Assembly: GCA_963668675.2 (NCBI GenBank)
Contig: CAXXMB010000002.1
Location: forward strand, 2,816,001 to 2,880,000
Length of the DNA stretch: 64,000 bases
Reading direction: 5' to 3'
From: an uncultured Desulfatitalea sp.
Lineage (GTDB): Bacteria; Desulfobacterota; Desulfobacteria; Desulfobacterales; Desulfosarcinaceae
Shown here: one piece after another, positions 1 to 11,722 of the stretch
Position numbering within the stretch: the first letter of the stretch is position 1
Layout: each line of letters starts with the position of its first letter
Made by a program: the position numbers and the translations under genes
The notes under the pieces: model-generated
The model's database searches: none
What the model saw: the letters and a program-made list of their open reading frames with translations, nothing else
What the model was told of the DNA's origin: nothing

Positions 1-1
1 C

Positions 2-289
2 ACCGATCGAAGTAAATTGATGAATCGAATCCTGCCCGATGGTATCTGCCTCGATGAAGAAGGTGCTATCTGGGTGGCCTCACCGGGCAAAGGAGCCGAA
101 GTGGTTCGCGTTTTTGAAGGTGGGGAAATTGCAGATCGGATTAAGGTTGAAACGTTTCCATACGCCTGCATGTTGGGTGGTCCGGATGGAAAGACCCTCT
201 TCGTTCTCACATCAGACCTCTCGAGCAGTGAACTGGTGGGGAGAGTTGAAACGGTTCAAGTCGAATCACCGAAGGCCGGTCTTCCCTGA
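2..289 (+). CDS. SMP-30/gluconolactonase/LRE family protein, 5'-partial at window edge
   Basis: PDGICLDEEGAIWVA and ACMLGGPDGKTLFV motifs; frame is open from base 2. Confidence 0.85.
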   Translation, partial: TDRSKLMNRILPDGICLDEEGAIWVASPGKGAEVVRVFEGGEIADRIKVETFPYACMLGGPDGKTLFVLTSDLSSSELVGRVETVQVESPKAGLP

Positions 290-362
290 AGACGAGAGGT
301 GGGTTGATCCCCTTAGAGACGCTTATGTCTTTGGCTCCGATTCTGTGACCCGTGCACTGGGC

Positions 363-404
363 CTAAAGAAAACGCGGCGTTTCAGAGTGTATCGAAACGC
401 CGCG
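363..404 (-). terminator. Probable intrinsic terminator downstream of katG
   Basis: 11-bp perfect stem CGCGGCGTTTC/GAAACGCCGCG (373-404), followed on the minus strand by TTTTCTTT. Confidence 0.6.
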
Positions 405-534
405 CTCATTTGTTGCGAATAGACTTCGTGATCCTTCCAAACATTCGTCAGTTCCTGTCGGTTGCCGCCTCCTGATCATTCGATGTTCAGTTCAGAATGC
501 GCTTCAGAAGCCCACGCAGATGCTTATGCTCCGA

Positions 535-2805
<2,271 letters not shown>

Positions 2806-2825
2806 ATTAATGGCAAAAAAATATA

Positions 2826-3269
2826 TTACGCCTTTTCTGCCATGCAATTGCTGCATATACCGAAAAAGTCCAACCGATGGTTCAGAATTTTAAAGTGAGT
2901 CGCTTCGGCAACCTCATTTTTCATTTCATCCAGGCTGTCCAGGGCCGGATCGACAATTTTTTTACACTTGATACAGATGACGTGAGGATGGGGGTTAGGC
3001 GTGTTTCCGTCATATCGGTTGCTCCCATCCGGGAACCCTAACTCAAGAACTTCACCAAGAGACTTAATTAATAAGATGTTTCTGTATACAGTTGCAAGAC
3101 TCATTGTCGGGAAATCGTTCTTGATCTGATCATAAATGGTCTCAACAGTGGGATGACCTTCACTTTTGGCAAGAATTGTGACGATAGCCAACCGCTGAGG
3201 CGTTATCTTGTGGCCATTATCCCTTAGTTTTTGGATGATGGCGTCAAATCTTTTTTTAGGGTCTGCCAA
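2826..3269 (-). CDS. perR: Fur-family repressor, PerR-like
   Basis: TPQRLAI, HPTVETIY, SLATVY, HPHVICIKC and C-terminal CSNC; adjacent to katG; TTG start. Confidence 0.85.
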   Translation of the reverse strand: MADPKKRFDAIIQKLRDNGHKITPQRLAIVTILAKSEGHPTVETIYDQIKNDFPTMSLATVYRNILLIKSLGEVLELGFPDGSNRYDGNTPNPHPHVICIKCKKIVDPALDSLDEMKNEVAEATHFKILNHRLDFFGICSNCMAEKA

Positions 3270-3285
3270 CTGGAGCCTCTTTTTA

Positions 3286-3304
3286 AATGATAACTGCTAT
3301 TATT
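3286..3304. promoter_or_regulatory. Second Fur/PerR-like box (possible autoregulation)
   Basis: AATGATAACTGCTATTATT, an imperfect palindrome similar to the katG box. Confidence 0.55.
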
Positions 3305-3466
3305 TAACATTAATTACTTTCAGTCAAGCCCAAATTCAATTATCCACTGATAACAGCTGCCTTAGAACGCACTGAGGGATGCTATTTTTTCAACGGATAC
3401 GAGCCACGTGTTAAGAAGTATCCTACGGACAGGGCGAACTGCAGAGCGTGGCTACCGCAGGCGGGT

Positions 3467-4948
3467 TCACGTCCCGCAAAAGGTTTGGTAGGGCTTGGCT
3501 GAAGGGGGTGCCGGCAGCTGATAGCCGGCCTGTTCCGGCGGATCCTGATAAGGTTGGGACAGAACACCCAGCAGTTTTTCCATGACCGAAAAATCGGCCC
3601 GCTCAACAGCTGCCGCCAAGGCCTCTTCCACGCGGTGGTTGCGGGGGATGACCGCCGGGTTGTGGGTGTTCATGAGCTGGTAGGATGCCTCCCGGGAAGC
3701 GGGTTGCCGTTTTAACCGGGCCTGCCAGCGTTCGAACCACTGCTTAAAATCCAGGGTCTGGAACATGGATGCCTCCGGTAAGGAATCGGATGCCAGGTCG
3801 CGGAAGGTGTTGGTAAAATCCGCCCCGTGTCGGTGCATGCAATCGAGCAGCTCTTTCACCATGGCGCCGTCATCCGCTTCCTGATTCAACAGTCCCAGTT
3901 TGGCCCGCATGCCCGCCAGCCAGTAATCACGAAAGATGTCTGAGAACCGGGAGATTGCTTTGTTCGCCATCGACGCGGCCTCTTGTGGATCCGAGTGAAT
4001 CAGCGGCAACAGCGTCTCGGCAAACCGGGCAAGATTCCATTGGGCAATTTGCGGCTGCCGACCGTAGGCGTACCGGCCGTCGTGATCGATGGAGCTGAAG
4101 ACGGTATTCGGATCGTAGGCGTCCATGAACGCGCAGGGGCCGTAGTCGATGGTTTCACCGCAAAGAGCCATGTTGTCCGTGTTCATGACGCCGTGGATGA
4201 AGCCAGCCATCAGCCAGCGGGCCACCAGGTGCGCCTGTCGCTCCATGACGGCTCCAAGCAGCGCAAGATAGGGATTTTCGTCCTTTGCCAGATCGGGAAA
4301 GTGGCGGCGAATGGTGTAATCGGCCAGCGTCCGGATCTCGTCGGGTTTGCCTCTCGCCGCTGCATACTCGAAAGTGCCCACGCGGATGTGACTGGCCGCC
4401 GTGCGAGTGAGAATCGCCCCCTGCAGGGTGGTTTCACGAAACACCGGTTGACCGGTGGTCACCACCGCAAGGCTGCGGGTCGTCGGTATGTCCAGGGCGT
4501 GCAGGGCCTCGCTGATGATGTATTCCCGAAGCATCGGCCCCAAGGCCGCCCGCCCGTCCCCCTGCCGCGAATACGGGGTCCTGCCGGACCCTTTGAACTG
4601 GATGTCGAAGCGCTCACCTTTCGGTGTCACATGCTCGCCCAGCAATATGGCCCGCCCATCACCCAGCATGGTGAAAGAGCCGAATTGATGCCCCGCATAG
4701 GCCTGGGCGAGAGGCTCGGCTCCCTCGGGGATTCTGTTGCCCGAGAAAACAGCGGCGCCCTCTTCACCGTTCAGGGCATTGGGGTTCAAGCCTAAAAACT
4801 GCGCCAGCGCTGTGTTGAAAACCACAAGCTTCGGTGTGCTTATCGGTACCGGATCCAACCGGACATAGAAAGCCGATGGCAGCCGTGCGTAGCTGTTCTC
4901 GAATTTCCACCCGGCCTCCAGGCGATTTTGTCTACTGCTGTGCATCAT
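3467..4948 (-). CDS. ydiU: Protein adenylyltransferase SelO/YdiU
   Basis: [46 protein letters not shown]-terminal TFCGT. Confidence 0.95.
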   Translation of the reverse strand: MMHSSRQNRLEAGWKFENSYARLPSAFYVRLDPVPISTPKLVVFNTALAQFLGLNPNALNGEEGAAVFSGNRIPEGAEPLAQAYAGHQFGSFTMLGDGRAILLGEHVTPKGERFDIQFKGSGRTPYSRQGDGRAALGPMLREYIISEALHALDIPTTRSLAVVTTGQPVFRETTLQGAILTRTAASHIRVGTFEYAAARGKPDEIRTLADYTIRRHFPDLAKDENPYLALLGAVMERQAHLVARWLMAGFIHGVMNTDNMALCGETIDYGPCAFMDAYDPNTVFSSIDHDGRYAYGRQPQIAQWNLARFAETLLPLIHSDPQEAASMANKAISRFSDIFRDYWLAGMRAKLGLLNQEADDGAMVKELLDCMHRHGADFTNTFRDLASDSLPEASMFQTLDFKQWFERWQARLKRQPASREASYQLMNTHNPAVIPRNHRVEEALAAAVERADFSVMEKLLGVLSQPYQDPPEQAGYQLPAPPSAKPYQTFCGT

Positions 4949-5038
4949 GGAGTTCTCCTGCCTCCCAAATGAAGTGTATAATAGGAAACATTGGGATGGG
5001 ATACCCGGAGGTCAAGAGCGAGCGTGCTAAGAAATGAC

Positions 5039-5092
5039 GCCCCTTAAGGTTCAGAAGATAAGTGAATCTCTTCCGGAACGGCCTTAAGGGGC
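5039..5092. terminator. Long hairpin between the ECF module and ydiU
   Basis: GCCCCTTAAGG ... CCTTAAGGGGC 11-bp inverted repeat. Confidence 0.4.
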
Positions 5093-5199
5093 ATAAAAAG
5101 GGGCCACTTGGAATTTAGGACCGTGCTATAACTGAAAGCGCGAAGGTGCATTTGATTTCGTTATTGAGAAATGGCTGGAAACCATGTCCACGGTATCGG

Positions 5200-6054
5200 T
5201 CATCTACCGCCACCGCCGCCACCGCCGCCATCACCACCACCGCCGCCGCCGGAACCTCCGCCTGAACCGCCGGATCCGGCACCTGAATTACCGCCCGTTC
5301 CTCCTTTGCCGGCATCACTGCCAATACGGCCATTGCTGAATTGGTTGTCTATCTGCCCACGCGGCATTTGACGGGACTGTTCTGATACTTGGTGGCGCAT
5401 CTGCTCCATTTGTCTTTCCGTGTACGCGTTACGCAGGGCCCGACACACAGTGTCGGCCACATCCTTAGAGCGGATACCCAATTGGGCCATGGTACGGACG
5501 GTCTGCATGGTTTGCAGGGCCAGTGCCTCGCTCTGGTCCTGGTTTCGGGTGTGTTGATGTTGCTGAATCTGCAGTTGGGCCCTCACCGCCTCCATATCTT
5601 CGGTTTTCATCCCTGCTGCCAGGCTGTCGGCGACAGCGTGTGTCACACGTCCGATGGTCTTGGTATCCCTGGACAGCGACTTGGCCACTTGATCGGCATG
5701 GGCGTAACGGCTCCGTACGGCTTGCATGGCCGCAATGACTGCCTGAGGATTGGCCTTCTTGGTGATGCCTTCCAGGGCCTTGTTCATCATTGGTTCGGTG
5801 GGCAGCCCTGCCCTTGCAGCGTTGATGACCTCTTGCCGCGCCTGATTCACGATTCGGCTCTCAAAGCGGTTTTGAAACATTTGGGTCAGCATTTTTTGGG
5901 CTTGGGCCTCTTTCACACCGAAAGCGCTCATTTCCCGGACCTGCTGCTCGATCTCCTCCATGGCCTGCCGCGACAGCGCCTGGGCGGCATCGGCAATGAC
6001 CGGCGACAAGAAACAGATGAGTGCTAAAATGGTCACGAATGTCTTTTTCATCAT
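5200..6054 (-). CDS. Secreted helical hypothetical protein with Gly-rich C-terminal tail
   Basis: Signal-peptide-like MMKKTFVTILALICFLSPVIADA; AAAGGAAGGGG RBS before ATG 6054; poly-Gly tail. Confidence 0.8.
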   Translation of the reverse strand: MMKKTFVTILALICFLSPVIADAAQALSRQAMEEIEQQVREMSAFGVKEAQAQKMLTQMFQNRFESRIVNQARQEVINAARAGLPTEPMMNKALEGITKKANPQAVIAAMQAVRSRYAHADQVAKSLSRDTKTIGRVTHAVADSLAAGMKTEDMEAVRAQLQIQQHQHTRNQDQSEALALQTMQTVRTMAQLGIRSKDVADTVCRALRNAYTERQMEQMRHQVSEQSRQMPRGQIDNQFSNGRIGSDAGKGGTGGNSGAGSGGSGGGSGGGGGGDGGGGGGGGR

Positions 6055-6091
6055 TCCCCTTCCTTTCAATTCGAACTGATCCTTTATCTTC

Positions 6092-6120
6092 TTCAACTGT
6101 TCAGCAGGAAAAAGGTTACA
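6092..6120 (-). promoter_or_regulatory. Candidate ECF sigma promoter (copy 1)
   Basis: TGTAAC-N17-GTTGAA just upstream of the secreted-protein gene; matches copy 2 at 8238-8266. Confidence 0.6.
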
Positions 6121-6436
6121 TCCGGGGATCAAAAATGCAGTTTTCGGAACCAAAATCGTCCATCTCCCGCATGCGGCAGCCGGGTAGATAAACATTGTCG
6201 TCAATAATGTAGAAATAGCGAAATGAAGCCATAGCCGGCAGGACGATCGTCCAACGCCCCTCCACCTTGGGCACTTCACGCAGTTGAAATCCGTCCAGGC
6301 TGCAGGCCAAGAACACCTTCTGGGCACCCGGTTTGTCCAGGTACAGGGTCAGCACATTTTCGTCAACCTTGAAGTAATGTGCAGTACAGGCACTCATGAT
6401 CAGCAGGCAGCCTGCCATCAGCAGCAATGGCCTCAT
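6116..6436 (-). CDS. Small lipoprotein with glycogen-binding (CBM48/AMPK-beta-like) domain
   Basis: Lipobox-like IMSAC; AQKVFLACSLDGF, FRYFYIID, EMDDFGSENCI; ATGA overlap with upstream gene. Confidence 0.75.
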   Translation of the reverse strand: MRPLLLMAGCLLIMSACTAHYFKVDENVLTLYLDKPGAQKVFLACSLDGFQLREVPKVEGRWTIVLPAMASFRYFYIIDDNVYLPGCRMREMDDFGSENCIFDPRM

Positions 6437-6999
6437 ATGTGCTCCTTCATGTTCAGGATGGAATTTTCACCGCCGAAATCATCCTTCTCGCTGGTAAGAA
6501 GGGTGGGGTCCGCCACGTGGCGGTCCCCGTCGAGGATATACGCAAAGCGGTGCTCGCCCGGTGGAATCTCGAGGTTGAGTTCCCAGTAGCCGCTGATACC
6601 GATGCGCCGCATGGCCACCCGCTGCCAGCCGGTGAACGAACCGGCCAGCTCCACTCGCTCCACTGTCGGTTCGAAGAGAATGAACCGCTTACTGTGCATC
6701 GACGCCCCATGCTCACCAGGCCCGGTGAAATAGAGGAGTATCGCAGCCGCAAAGCCGGCCGCTGCTAATGCCACGGGTTTCAATAGCCGGAATAGGATGA
6801 CACGCAGCGGCGGCCGCCACCCTTTTTCAAGGGTTTGCTCGACGGGCACCAGTGGTTGCCGGAGCAGTTTTTCCTGATCGAGCAGGGATAGGGTGAGCGT
6901 GTAGAACGCATGATCGGTGTGGACCTTTTCGACGAAGCACTTTTTCTCGTCCAGATCCATTTCGTTGTCGATGTACATGCTGGAAAGATAGTCCATCAC
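6433..6999 (-). CDS. Putative anti-sigma factor: N-terminal ZAS-like helices, one TM, C-terminal CBM48-like domain
   Basis: LSSMYIDNEMD N-terminus; TM PVALAAAGFAAAILLYF; VELAGSFTGW, GEHRFAYILDG, DDFGGENSIL; coupled to the sigma gene. Confidence 0.8.
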   Translation of the reverse strand: MMDYLSSMYIDNEMDLDEKKCFVEKVHTDHAFYTLTLSLLDQEKLLRQPLVPVEQTLEKGWRPPLRVILFRLLKPVALAAAGFAAAILLYFTGPGEHGASMHSKRFILFEPTVERVELAGSFTGWQRVAMRRIGISGYWELNLEIPPGEHRFAYILDGDRHVADPTLLTSEKDDFGGENSILNMKEHI

Positions 7000-7472
7000 T
7001 CGTCTCCATCTGCAAGTATCGATCTTAGCCTGAGCCGGGCCCGGTGGACCCTGATCTTTACGTTGCCTTCGCTGATGCCGAGCAGTTTGCCGATCGCCTT
7101 GTAGGAAAATGCTTCGGTCGCCACGAGGCTGATCAGTTCCCGTTCAGATGGGGTGAGCCGGCGGATCGCGGCGAACATCCGGTCGAAAGCCTCCTTCGCG
7201 ATGCACTGGTATTCCGGATCCGGCCCCGGCGCCTGGCTTTCACCATCCGCCGATGATTCTTCACGGTGTCTGCGCAGGGCATCCAAGGCCGCATTGCGGG
7301 CGATGGTAAAGAGCAGCGCTCGGTTGCCACCGCCGCGCCCGTATTTGGCCAGATAGCGCGCAAAGCTTTCCTGTATGAGATCGAGGGAAAGCTGAGCGTC
7401 CCCGGTCAATCTCATCAGGTAGGCCATTAGCCGGCCCCTGTTTTCCCTATAAAAATGTTCGTATGCTTCCAC
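6996..7472 (-). CDS. ECF (sigma-70 group 4) RNA polymerase sigma factor
   Basis: Region 2 DLIQESF/LLFTIARNAALD; region 4 SYKAIGKLLGISEGNVKIRVHRARLRL. Confidence 0.92.
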   Translation of the reverse strand: MEAYEHFYRENRGRLMAYLMRLTGDAQLSLDLIQESFARYLAKYGRGGGNRALLFTIARNAALDALRRHREESSADGESQAPGPDPEYQCIAKEAFDRMFAAIRRLTPSERELISLVATEAFSYKAIGKLLGISEGNVKIRVHRARLRLRSILADGDE

Positions 7473-7743
7473 AGAAGTATTTATCTAAAGCTCTACTCAG
7501 GCAGATCGGCGGTGTCCACAGGGTGATTGTTCCTGAGTGAATTCACCGGCCCCCGAAATGAATAAGAATACACACGCCATTCGAAAAGGCCAATCGAAAT
7601 CAATGTCCTCATATATATCTCCCTTTGTGGATGAGTGCCTGCAAATATAAAATGGTGGGGAGATACGAATCTCTCCCCCCATATTCGGTTTTCTATCCAC
7701 CCGTCATGTGGCCGGAAACGGAGGCAATCGTATTCTCGACAAA

Positions 7744-8106
7744 CTAATAGTCGTCAGTCAATGTATGCAGAAAGGCGATCAGATCGTCGATTTGCTCTTC
7801 ACTCAATCCCAAGTTGCCGACCGCGTTACTGACATTACCCTGAACATCCGGAACGAAACTGCTGCTGTCGTTAATAAATGAGACCATGTCATAAAGTGTC
7901 GGAAACGCCCCGTTGTGAGCGTATGGCGCCGTCACGGCAATGTTGCGCAGGGTAGGAATCTTGAATTTTCCATCCTGGTTTGTATCTCCAACGCTGTCCC
8001 CCAATCCCAGATCCGGTGAAGGCACATCGGGATTGGCAGGTACGCCGATATTGGCCTAGCCGTAGGCGGTGAACAGGGGCTCGGGTGCAGCACTCAATGC
8101 CAAGTG
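7744..8106 (-). pseudogene. Cytochrome c peroxidase/MauG-family C-terminal remnant
   Basis: PLFTAYG*ANIGVPANP (in-frame TAG 8056-8058), then GKFKIPTLRNIAVTAPYAHNG...LIAFLHTLTD; N-terminal part missing. Confidence 0.8.
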
Positions 8107-8237
8107 TTCCAACCCCGTTATGCGTCGATGCAATTTTTCCCTAAACACTCAGCAATCAACAAGAAGATCGAGCATGAGATGAAATGGGTTAACCGGGCAG
8201 GTCAGGCGTGGGAAGAGGACAAAATTGCTAATATAGA

Positions 8238-8266
8238 TTTAACGTTTGCTTAGAAGAAAGGTTACA
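8238..8266 (-). promoter_or_regulatory. Candidate ECF sigma promoter (copy 2)
   Basis: TGTAAC-N17-GTTAAA at the head of the minus-strand block; shares TGTAACCTTT and spacing with 6092-6120. Confidence 0.6.
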
Positions 8267-8568
8267 GACAGATTTAGAAAATTTTGGTGATTTTGATACG
8301 GATGAAAGAAACGCATCGTTTCATGACCGTCCCACTTTTCGCACTTTTTACCCTAAAGCGATCGAATTGCGTCCTGAATATCCGTCGTGGGACGATGCAG
8401 ATATTGATATATGGTAAAACTGCTGATATCTCCACGAACATAGCGGCAATACAAGCCCTCTCCAAAAATCTTTTGGCCTCACACCGGATCCGGGGCGTGG
8501 ATCTTGAACCAAAACTCTTTTTTGAGACGGCCTGCAATAATAAGTCCCCAACAGAAAAGAGGAAAATT

Positions 8569-9288
8569 ATGGCCAAAATGCAATATGAAAAAGATGGAAA
8601 AATTGCCTGCATCACCCTCGATGACGGTAAGGTCAATGTCATGAACTGGGAGTTTTTCAGTGAACTCAACGACGCCTTGGACCATACCATTGCCGACGAG
8701 GCCGCGGTTCTTATCTTTACCGGCCGGCCGGGCATTTTTTCAGCGGGCCTTGACCTAAAGCTTCTGCCCACCCAGGAACTCGAAGAGCAGATCAGGTTTC
8801 AAATAAGGTTTGCCACAACCATGCTCAGGGTTTATCAGTTTCCCATACCGACCATCGCCGCCTATGCCGGACACTCCATTGCCGGTGGGGCTATCCTTTC
8901 CTATGCCTGCGACCGTTTTATGGTAGCCGACGGGCCCTACACCATTCAAATCAATGAAGTGGCCAACAAGATGGTAATCCCGAGCTGGATTACCCTGATC
9001 TGCCGTTCATCCATTCCCCATCGTTACTGGAAGGAGGCCTTGCTCCATGCCACGCCCTATTCCCCCCGGGAAGCATTCGAGCGTGGAATTGTCGATGATC
9101 TGGTGGAAGAAGGCGGCGACATCATGGCGGCTGCCCGCGCTTATGCGGAGAAACTCTTTAAACTCTCCACGCCCGCTTATGCAGCCACAAAAAAGCTCCT
9201 GCGCCAGGAAGAGTCGGCGCATGTTATGGAAATTTTCGAGAAGGAATTTCTGGACTGGGTATTGAACTACAGCCAGCAAATCAAGTAG
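8569..9288 (+). CDS. Crotonase/enoyl-CoA hydratase-isomerase family protein
   Basis: LDDGKVN, FSAGLDL, FPIPTIAAYAGHSIAGGA; GAGG RBS before ATG 8569. Confidence 0.9.
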   Translation: MAKMQYEKDGKIACITLDDGKVNVMNWEFFSELNDALDHTIADEAAVLIFTGRPGIFSAGLDLKLLPTQELEEQIRFQIRFATTMLRVYQFPIPTIAAYAGHSIAGGAILSYACDRFMVADGPYTIQINEVANKMVIPSWITLICRSSIPHRYWKEALLHATPYSPREAFERGIVDDLVEEGGDIMAAARAYAEKLFKLSTPAYAATKKLLRQEESAHVMEIFEKEFLDWVLNYSQQIK

Positions 9289-9370
9289 AGTCGCGGAAAC
9301 GAGAAGTTATCGACACCTTGATTCAGTTGACGATGGGCAAATCGGTTGGAATGGGATTGGGAATTTTATT

Positions 9371-11722
9371 GTGCGGCTACTGAACTGGATGATCACCGCC
9401 CGACGGGCTTGTTTTTTGATCACTTGTGGATTGACCTGCCTCTTCGTCTATTTTGCTTCTCAACTGCACATCGACAACAGGGCAGAGGCTTTGATCGATA
9501 CCCAATCCAAGGCCTGTGATGAATATCGTACCTACCTGAAGCGCTTTAGTTCAGAGCATATCGTCCTTGTTGCTGTTCATCTGGCACGACCGGTAGGAGA
9601 TCCAGAGGTCTTAAGGCGTCTTCTCAAAGCGGATGCCGCTTTGCGGCAGATTCCGGAAGTACGAACCACTACAAGCCTGATGGATATATCCACCGTTCGC
9701 AGAACGGTTGACGGTATTTCAAAATGGCCCCTCATCTGGCTGCCGAACAAAGACCGGCCAGTTCGTGCACTGGATGACAATCTGCTCACCCTGCTACGCA
9801 CAACCTATCCGGCCGTAAAACAACTTATTTCGGAGGACCTTAAAACCATAGGCCTTTTCGTGGAACTTCGTCCCGGTGATCCTGGACAAAATAGCACCGG
9901 CATGATTGAAACTATCAGAAGCTCGATCCATCATGCTTTCGGGTCTGATGCCGTCGCCGTTCATATGAGCGGCGGTCCTATATTGATGGAAGCCATAAGA
10001 CGCCACAACGTGGAAAATGCGTTTATTTTTTTAGTTTGCGCCTGTTTGGTGGGCATCGCGGTTGAAATTTACGTTTTTAAAAATCTTCTCGTATCCATTT
10101 TCATTTATGGCGTTTCGGCTGTTGCCGTTGTCTGGACCATGGGTTTTATGGCCTTATCCGGAGTTTCCTTGAACCCGATTTCAGGCATGGCCTTTGGTAT
10201 GGTCCTCATCCTGACCTCCATGACCATAATCCATCTGGTTACACATTACTATGAGCGATACCTGAGCGCTTCAAACAGGGAAACGGCGATGCGCGAGGCG
10301 ATCGCCTCCGTGGGGCGGCCTGGATTCATGTGCTCGGTAACAACGGCCATCGGTTTTGCCAGCATCGCCACGAGTTCGGTTCCGACCGTAAGGCAGTTTG
10401 GCCTGATAATGTCCACAGGCGCGCTGCTCTCCTTTGGATTGGTCTACCTGTTGTTGCCTTTTCTGCTGCTGAATTTGAAATGGACCAAGCCCCGGCGGCT
10501 TGCAATGCGCTCGGATGACGTGTTGGCACGCATCCACGACCACATCGGCCGCTCGGTGTTCCGACGCGGTTCATGGTATGTCGCCGCCGCTGCTTTGCTG
10601 TTTGTCATCCTGATGGCTGGCCTGCCTCAAATACAGATAGATACCAGCCTCATGCATCTTTTCCATAGAAACGCACCTGAAGTGCAAGATTACAACTATA
10701 TTCAACAAACACTGGCACCGCACCAGAGTTTACACCTGTTGATCGAAGCGCCCCCCGGAAAGGTTCTGAATGCACAGACGCTTAGCAAGATCAGGGAATT
10801 CGAGAATAGTCTCGTGGCGCTTGACCAAGTAAAGTCCTGCCACTCTTTCTTTAGGGTACTCGAGACAGTATATGCCGGTTTGTTCGGAGACGAAGACCTT
10901 TTGGGACTCTATAGATCCAGTTTTTTGTTTCAACAAATATACCGGCGTGTTCTCTCTGACCCGGATAGCAGGCGCCTTTTAAAAGGGGTGTTGGATTTCG
11001 AAACCCGCACTCTTTGCCTTTCTCTGGAAATCGCTGAGCCAAGAAAACGTGAAGTAACGGTTTCAGCGGCCGAAATTCTTCGACTCGCCAACCAGCAGTT
11101 GTCCCAGATTGGACAAATATCGGTGACTGGGCCTGAACTGGCGGCCCAAGATCAAGCCAGGAAATTGATTCGCGCCCAGATGACATCACTCGGTTTGGCC
11201 CTGGTCGCCATTTGCGTTATGCTGATGCTGCAGTTTTCATCTTGGCAAATGGGTCTTTTGAGCCTGATACCCAACATTTTCCCGCTGGCGGCTATTTTCG
11301 GGGTGATGGGTTGGTTCGGCATCCCGCTAGATAATTTAACTATCATGGCCGCCGTCATCTCATTCGGATTGTCCGTGGACGACACCATCCACTACTTTTC
11401 TCAGCTGCAGTCTGCTTTTGAACGTTCGCCGACCCGAGGGGCGATCCGTGGCGCCGTAAAGGAGGCCTACCGAATGAGCGCCAAAGCATTGATTTCGACG
11501 TCGGCCGTTATGGCGCTCTCTTTCGTCACACTTGTGTTTTCACCCTTTCGGCCGACAGCTTCTTTCGGACTGCTGGCATCAGTAGCTGCCGTCATCGCTT
11601 TGGCCGCCGATCTGGTTTTCATGCCCGCTTTGATTTTGAGCTTCGACAGGATACAGAGAATGATCCTCAACGGTTCTATCGCCAAACCAAAATGTAATAC
11701 AGGAGCCAGCCCATGTTCTTGA
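9371..11722 (+). CDS. MMPL/RND-family lipid exporter
   Basis: Two repeats of a large loop plus TM bundle; TTAIGFASI, LSLIPNIFP, GLSVDDTIHY. Confidence 0.9.
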   Translation: MRLLNWMITARRACFLITCGLTCLFVYFASQLHIDNRAEALIDTQSKACDEYRTYLKRFSSEHIVLVAVHLARPVGDPEVLRRLLKADAALRQIPEVRTTTSLMDISTVRRTVDGISKWPLIWLPNKDRPVRALDDNLLTLLRTTYPAVKQLISEDLKTIGLFVELRPGDPGQNSTGMIETIRSSIHHAFGSDAVAVHMSGGPILMEAIRRHNVENAFIFLVCACLVGIAVEIYVFKNLLVSIFIYGVSAVAVVWTMGFMALSGVSLNPISGMAFGMVLILTSMTIIHLVTHYYERYLSASNRETAMREAIASVGRPGFMCSVTTAIGFASIATSSVPTVRQFGLIMSTGALLSFGLVYLLLPFLLLNLKWTKPRRLAMRSDDVLARIHDHIGRSVFRRGSWYVAAAALLFVILMAGLPQIQIDTSLMHLFHRNAPEVQDYNYIQQTLAPHQSLHLLIEAPPGKVLNAQTLSKIREFENSLVALDQVKSCHSFFRVLETVYAGLFGDEDLLGLYRSSFLFQQIYRRVLSDPDSRRLLKGVLDFETRTLCLSLEIAEPRKREVTVSAAEILRLANQQLSQIGQISVTGPELAAQDQARKLIRAQMTSLGLALVAICVMLMLQFSSWQMGLLSLIPNIFPLAAIFGVMGWFGIPLDNLTIMAAVISFGLSVDDTIHYFSQLQSAFERSPTRGAIRGAVKEAYRMSAKALISTSAVMALSFVTLVFSPFRPTASFGLLASVAAVIALAADLVFMPALILSFDRIQRMILNGSIAKPKCNTGASPCS

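Noticed and set aside
5171..5371. Poly-Pro ORF / CCG-CCA microsatellite
   Set aside because: Reverse complement of the poly-Gly tail of the 5200-6054 gene
8430..8540. Possible IS right end (TTTTTGAGACGGCCTG)
   Set aside because: No partner IR or transposase remnant recognisable
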